From Candidatus Electronema halotolerans (GTDB taxonomy: Bacteria; Desulfobacterota; Desulfobulbia; Desulfobulbales; Desulfobulbaceae): a stretch of DNA of 32,000 bases. The first letter of the stretch is position 1, and each line of letters begins with the position of its first letter. The stretch covers positions 450,001 through 482,000 of the forward strand of contig OW818675.1 in the NCBI GenBank assembly GCA_942493095.1, read 5' to 3'. Shown piece after piece: positions 27,752 to 32,000 of the stretch. The position numbers were made by a program, and so were the translations under genes. The notes beneath the pieces are model-generated. The model was not told the origin of the DNA. It worked only from the letters and a program-made list of their open reading frames with translations, and made no database searches.

Positions 27752-27793
27752 GACAAAATGACCTGGCCAAGTTGGGAGAAAATCTTGGTCAGG
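27752..27793 (-). terminator. Candidate terminator downstream of clpA
   Basis: Minus strand: CCTGACCAAG-N12-CTTGGCCAGG (9/10 paired), followed by TCATTTTGT. Confidence 0.5.
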
Positions 27794-27805
27794 CCAGGAT
27801 AAAGT

Positions 27806-30106
<2,301 letters not shown>

Positions 30107-30154
30107 GATGGCATTCCATGTGAAGTTTTTAACGTTGAAAGCCGGACGACGCTT

Positions 30155-30469
30155 TCAGGCCCGCTCCAAGGAGCATTTCAGGGGAAACTGGTTCTTCCTG
30201 GCCAACTGATGCACTTCCGCAACCTTGGTTTCGCCGATTTCACGAGGATACACTCCGGCCACGCCTCGGCCCTGATGATGGACGTTGAGCATGATCGCGG
30301 TTGCCTCGGCAGTGTCCTTGGCGAAAATAACCTCAAGGATCATGACCACAAAGTCCATGGTCGTGTAATCGTCATTATGGAGAAGGACTTTGTACAGGGG
30401 CGGCTCTTGGAGCTTTTCCCGGTCTTTGACTGCGGTCTCTTCCCGTGTTCCTGAAAGTGTGGTGCCCAT
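30155..30469 (-). CDS. clpS: ATP-dependent Clp protease adaptor ClpS
   Basis: PPLYKVLLHNDDYTTMDFVVMILEVIF...VHHQGRGVAGVYPREIGETKV. Confidence 0.95.
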   Translation of the reverse strand: MGTTLSGTREETAVKDREKLQEPPLYKVLLHNDDYTTMDFVVMILEVIFAKDTAEATAIMLNVHHQGRGVAGVYPREIGETKVAEVHQLARKNQFPLKCSLERA

Positions 30470-30569
30470 TTTCCGGCGGCCTGCTGCTTCGCTTGCTTGA
30501 AGTTCTGCTCCGGCGATCCTGCGCTGCCGGAACGGTGAAAAATTCCTTCCTTCCTGTATTGTATAATGC

Positions 30570-31940
30570 TCAGTTCTGATTTTGCAAGTTCCTATTGCCT
30601 TTCATTTCAAGGAACAGAGCCAGCAGCAGATGCTGGAGCACAGTTTCCGCCGCCACAGGCGAGCCTTTCAGCCGCCGGTCAGCCGCCAGAATCAGGCCCA
30701 GCCATGCTCTGAGCTGGGGCAGGGAAAAGGCGGCGGCTGTCTTGAATTTCATATACAAAGCAAAGGGATGGCCGGATAGCTCGCTCTGCCAGCGCGGATT
30801 GGCCTTGAGCAGCGGCAGGCACTGTTCCTGAAAAATCTTGGGCGACAGATTAGGCCGATATTGATACTGTTCCTGCTCAAGCAGGCTGCGAAAAAGCAGC
30901 AGGCTGCGGGTGAAATTGCGCAGCGTTGCCAGCACCGCCAGCCCGTGAATGCCGTTTTCCTGCAACCGGGCGGCAATAAGCAAGGCTTTTTCCAGATTTT
31001 TACTGCCCACTGCCTCGGTCAGCTCAAACACTGCGTCCTCGCGGGTGCGGCCTGTCATCAGATTGAGGTCATCCAAGGTGATCTGGGGCGCGTCGCCGAC
31101 TGAGAGGGCCAGCTTTTCCGTTTCCGTCACAACAGCGGCAGGATGAAAGCCGACCCGCTCCAGCAGCTCGGCCATGACTTCGCCGGACATGCGCTTGCCC
31201 AAGCTGCGCAAGGTCTGGCTGATTTGCTCGCGCAGCACCCCCTCCTGCGCCTTCCTGGCCTGCGAGGAGGAGCCTTTTTCCACACTCAGATCAAGAACCG
31301 GAAATTTCGCGCTCAAGGCTTTGTAAAGCTTTTTCCGCTTGTCCAAGTCCTCAGCCAGAAGAAGCAGGGTGTTGTTCTTGGGAATGCCCGCCTCCAGCGC
31401 GGCTAAGAGCTGCTCGCCTGCATCGCCGCTGGCGCGGGCGGACGGGCCGCTGTCTGCTGCATCAGCCAGCAGGGTTGCGGTCCAGCTCAGACTGTCTGTA
31501 GGTTTAGCAAAGCCGAAGCATTTTTTCCACTGCTCGCTGCTCAGGCTGGCCGGGTCATCCTGCGCTGTCAGGCCACCCGCCTCCAGCATGGCTCGGAGCT
31601 GACGAGCCGCCTTGTCCGCGTTGCCGTCCGTCCAGGCCTTGACCACTTTTTTCCAAATATTCTCAGCCACATTCTTGGAAAGAAAGAGCCTGCTGCCATT
31701 GACCCGGTAAATCTGGCGGCCACCGAGCAGGCTGAAGCTGCGCAATTTGGCCAAAGTGCTGTTCTGGTCTTCGCTGTCGCCGTCAATGGCGTGAACTGTG
31801 CCCTTGAGCGTTTCGGCAATCTTGTCAGCAGCTTGGCGGCAGAGGGTGTGCTCGCCAAAGAGCAGGACAGCGGACGGAGCAGGTTCCTTGCTGATCTCGG
31901 CAAGCAGCTCGTTCAGTTTGCTGCGGTCGTAAACAGGCAT
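30570..31940 (-). CDS. holA: DNA polymerase III delta subunit (HolA-like)
   Basis: FGEHTLCRQAADKI, LRSFSLLGGRQIYRV, NTLLLLAEDLDKRKKLYKAL, VGFHPAAVVTETEKLAL, ITLDDLNLMTGRTREDAVFELTEAVG; C-terminal LGLILAADRRLKGSPVAAETVLQHLLL. Confidence 0.85.
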   Translation of the reverse strand: MPVYDRSKLNELLAEISKEPAPSAVLLFGEHTLCRQAADKIAETLKGTVHAIDGDSEDQNSTLAKLRSFSLLGGRQIYRVNGSRLFLSKNVAENIWKKVVKAWTDGNADKAARQLRAMLEAGGLTAQDDPASLSSEQWKKCFGFAKPTDSLSWTATLLADAADSGPSARASGDAGEQLLAALEAGIPKNNTLLLLAEDLDKRKKLYKALSAKFPVLDLSVEKGSSSQARKAQEGVLREQISQTLRSLGKRMSGEVMAELLERVGFHPAAVVTETEKLALSVGDAPQITLDDLNLMTGRTREDAVFELTEAVGSKNLEKALLIAARLQENGIHGLAVLATLRNFTRSLLLFRSLLEQEQYQYRPNLSPKIFQEQCLPLLKANPRWQSELSGHPFALYMKFKTAAAFSLPQLRAWLGLILAADRRLKGSPVAAETVLQHLLLALFLEMKGNRNLQNQN

Positions 31941-31948
31941 GATCAGCT

Positions 31949-32000
31949 TCAGCCCATCTGCCGCACGATCTCGCCGATGCGGCGCATCTCGGCCAGAATC
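31949..32000 (-). CDS. C-terminal end of an unidentified CDS extending beyond the window
   Basis: In-frame residues ...ILAEMRRIGEIVRQMG-stop immediately upstream of holA; too short to identify. Confidence 0.35.
   Translation of the reverse strand, partial: ILAEMRRIGEIVRQMG

Overview
The window looks like one chromosomal segment of a fairly GC-rich bacterium, mostly housekeeping genes. Gene content is compatible with a sulfur-metabolising Desulfobulbales-like organism, but that placement is inference only. Plus strand, left: a DUF2339/DUF3999 membrane-protein pair, a sulfide:quinone oxidoreductase-like gene with a DUF1641 gene, argG-argH-FN3 lipoprotein, a small AT-rich accessory islet (YefM-like antitoxin relic plus a membrane-anchored FHA protein), and aspS. 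Minus strand: punA, an isolated nifN-like gene, a DegT-family aminotransferase, an atypical P1B-like P-type ATPase, PilZ, HAD phosphatase, PAN-domain protein, O-antigen ligase-like protein, mraY, a single-ORF MurE-MurF fusion, cobU, an AT-rich PP-loop ATPase-like gene, clpA, clpS and holA. The strongest non-coding signal is upstream of nifN. It has a consensus-matching sigma-54 promoter (TGGCAC-N5-TTGCA), a good Shine-Dalgarno sequence, and three exact TGT-N10-ACA (NifA-type) sites spaced exactly 38 bp apart. A five-copy 23-bp tandem repeat lies further upstream. Other leads are the PP-loop protein (possibly MurL-like), the MurE-MurF fusion in a broken-up dcw context, the CPx-less P-type ATPase, and the structured leader of the SQR-DUF1641 pair. 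I found no CRISPR array, rRNA, tRNA or intact mobile element.
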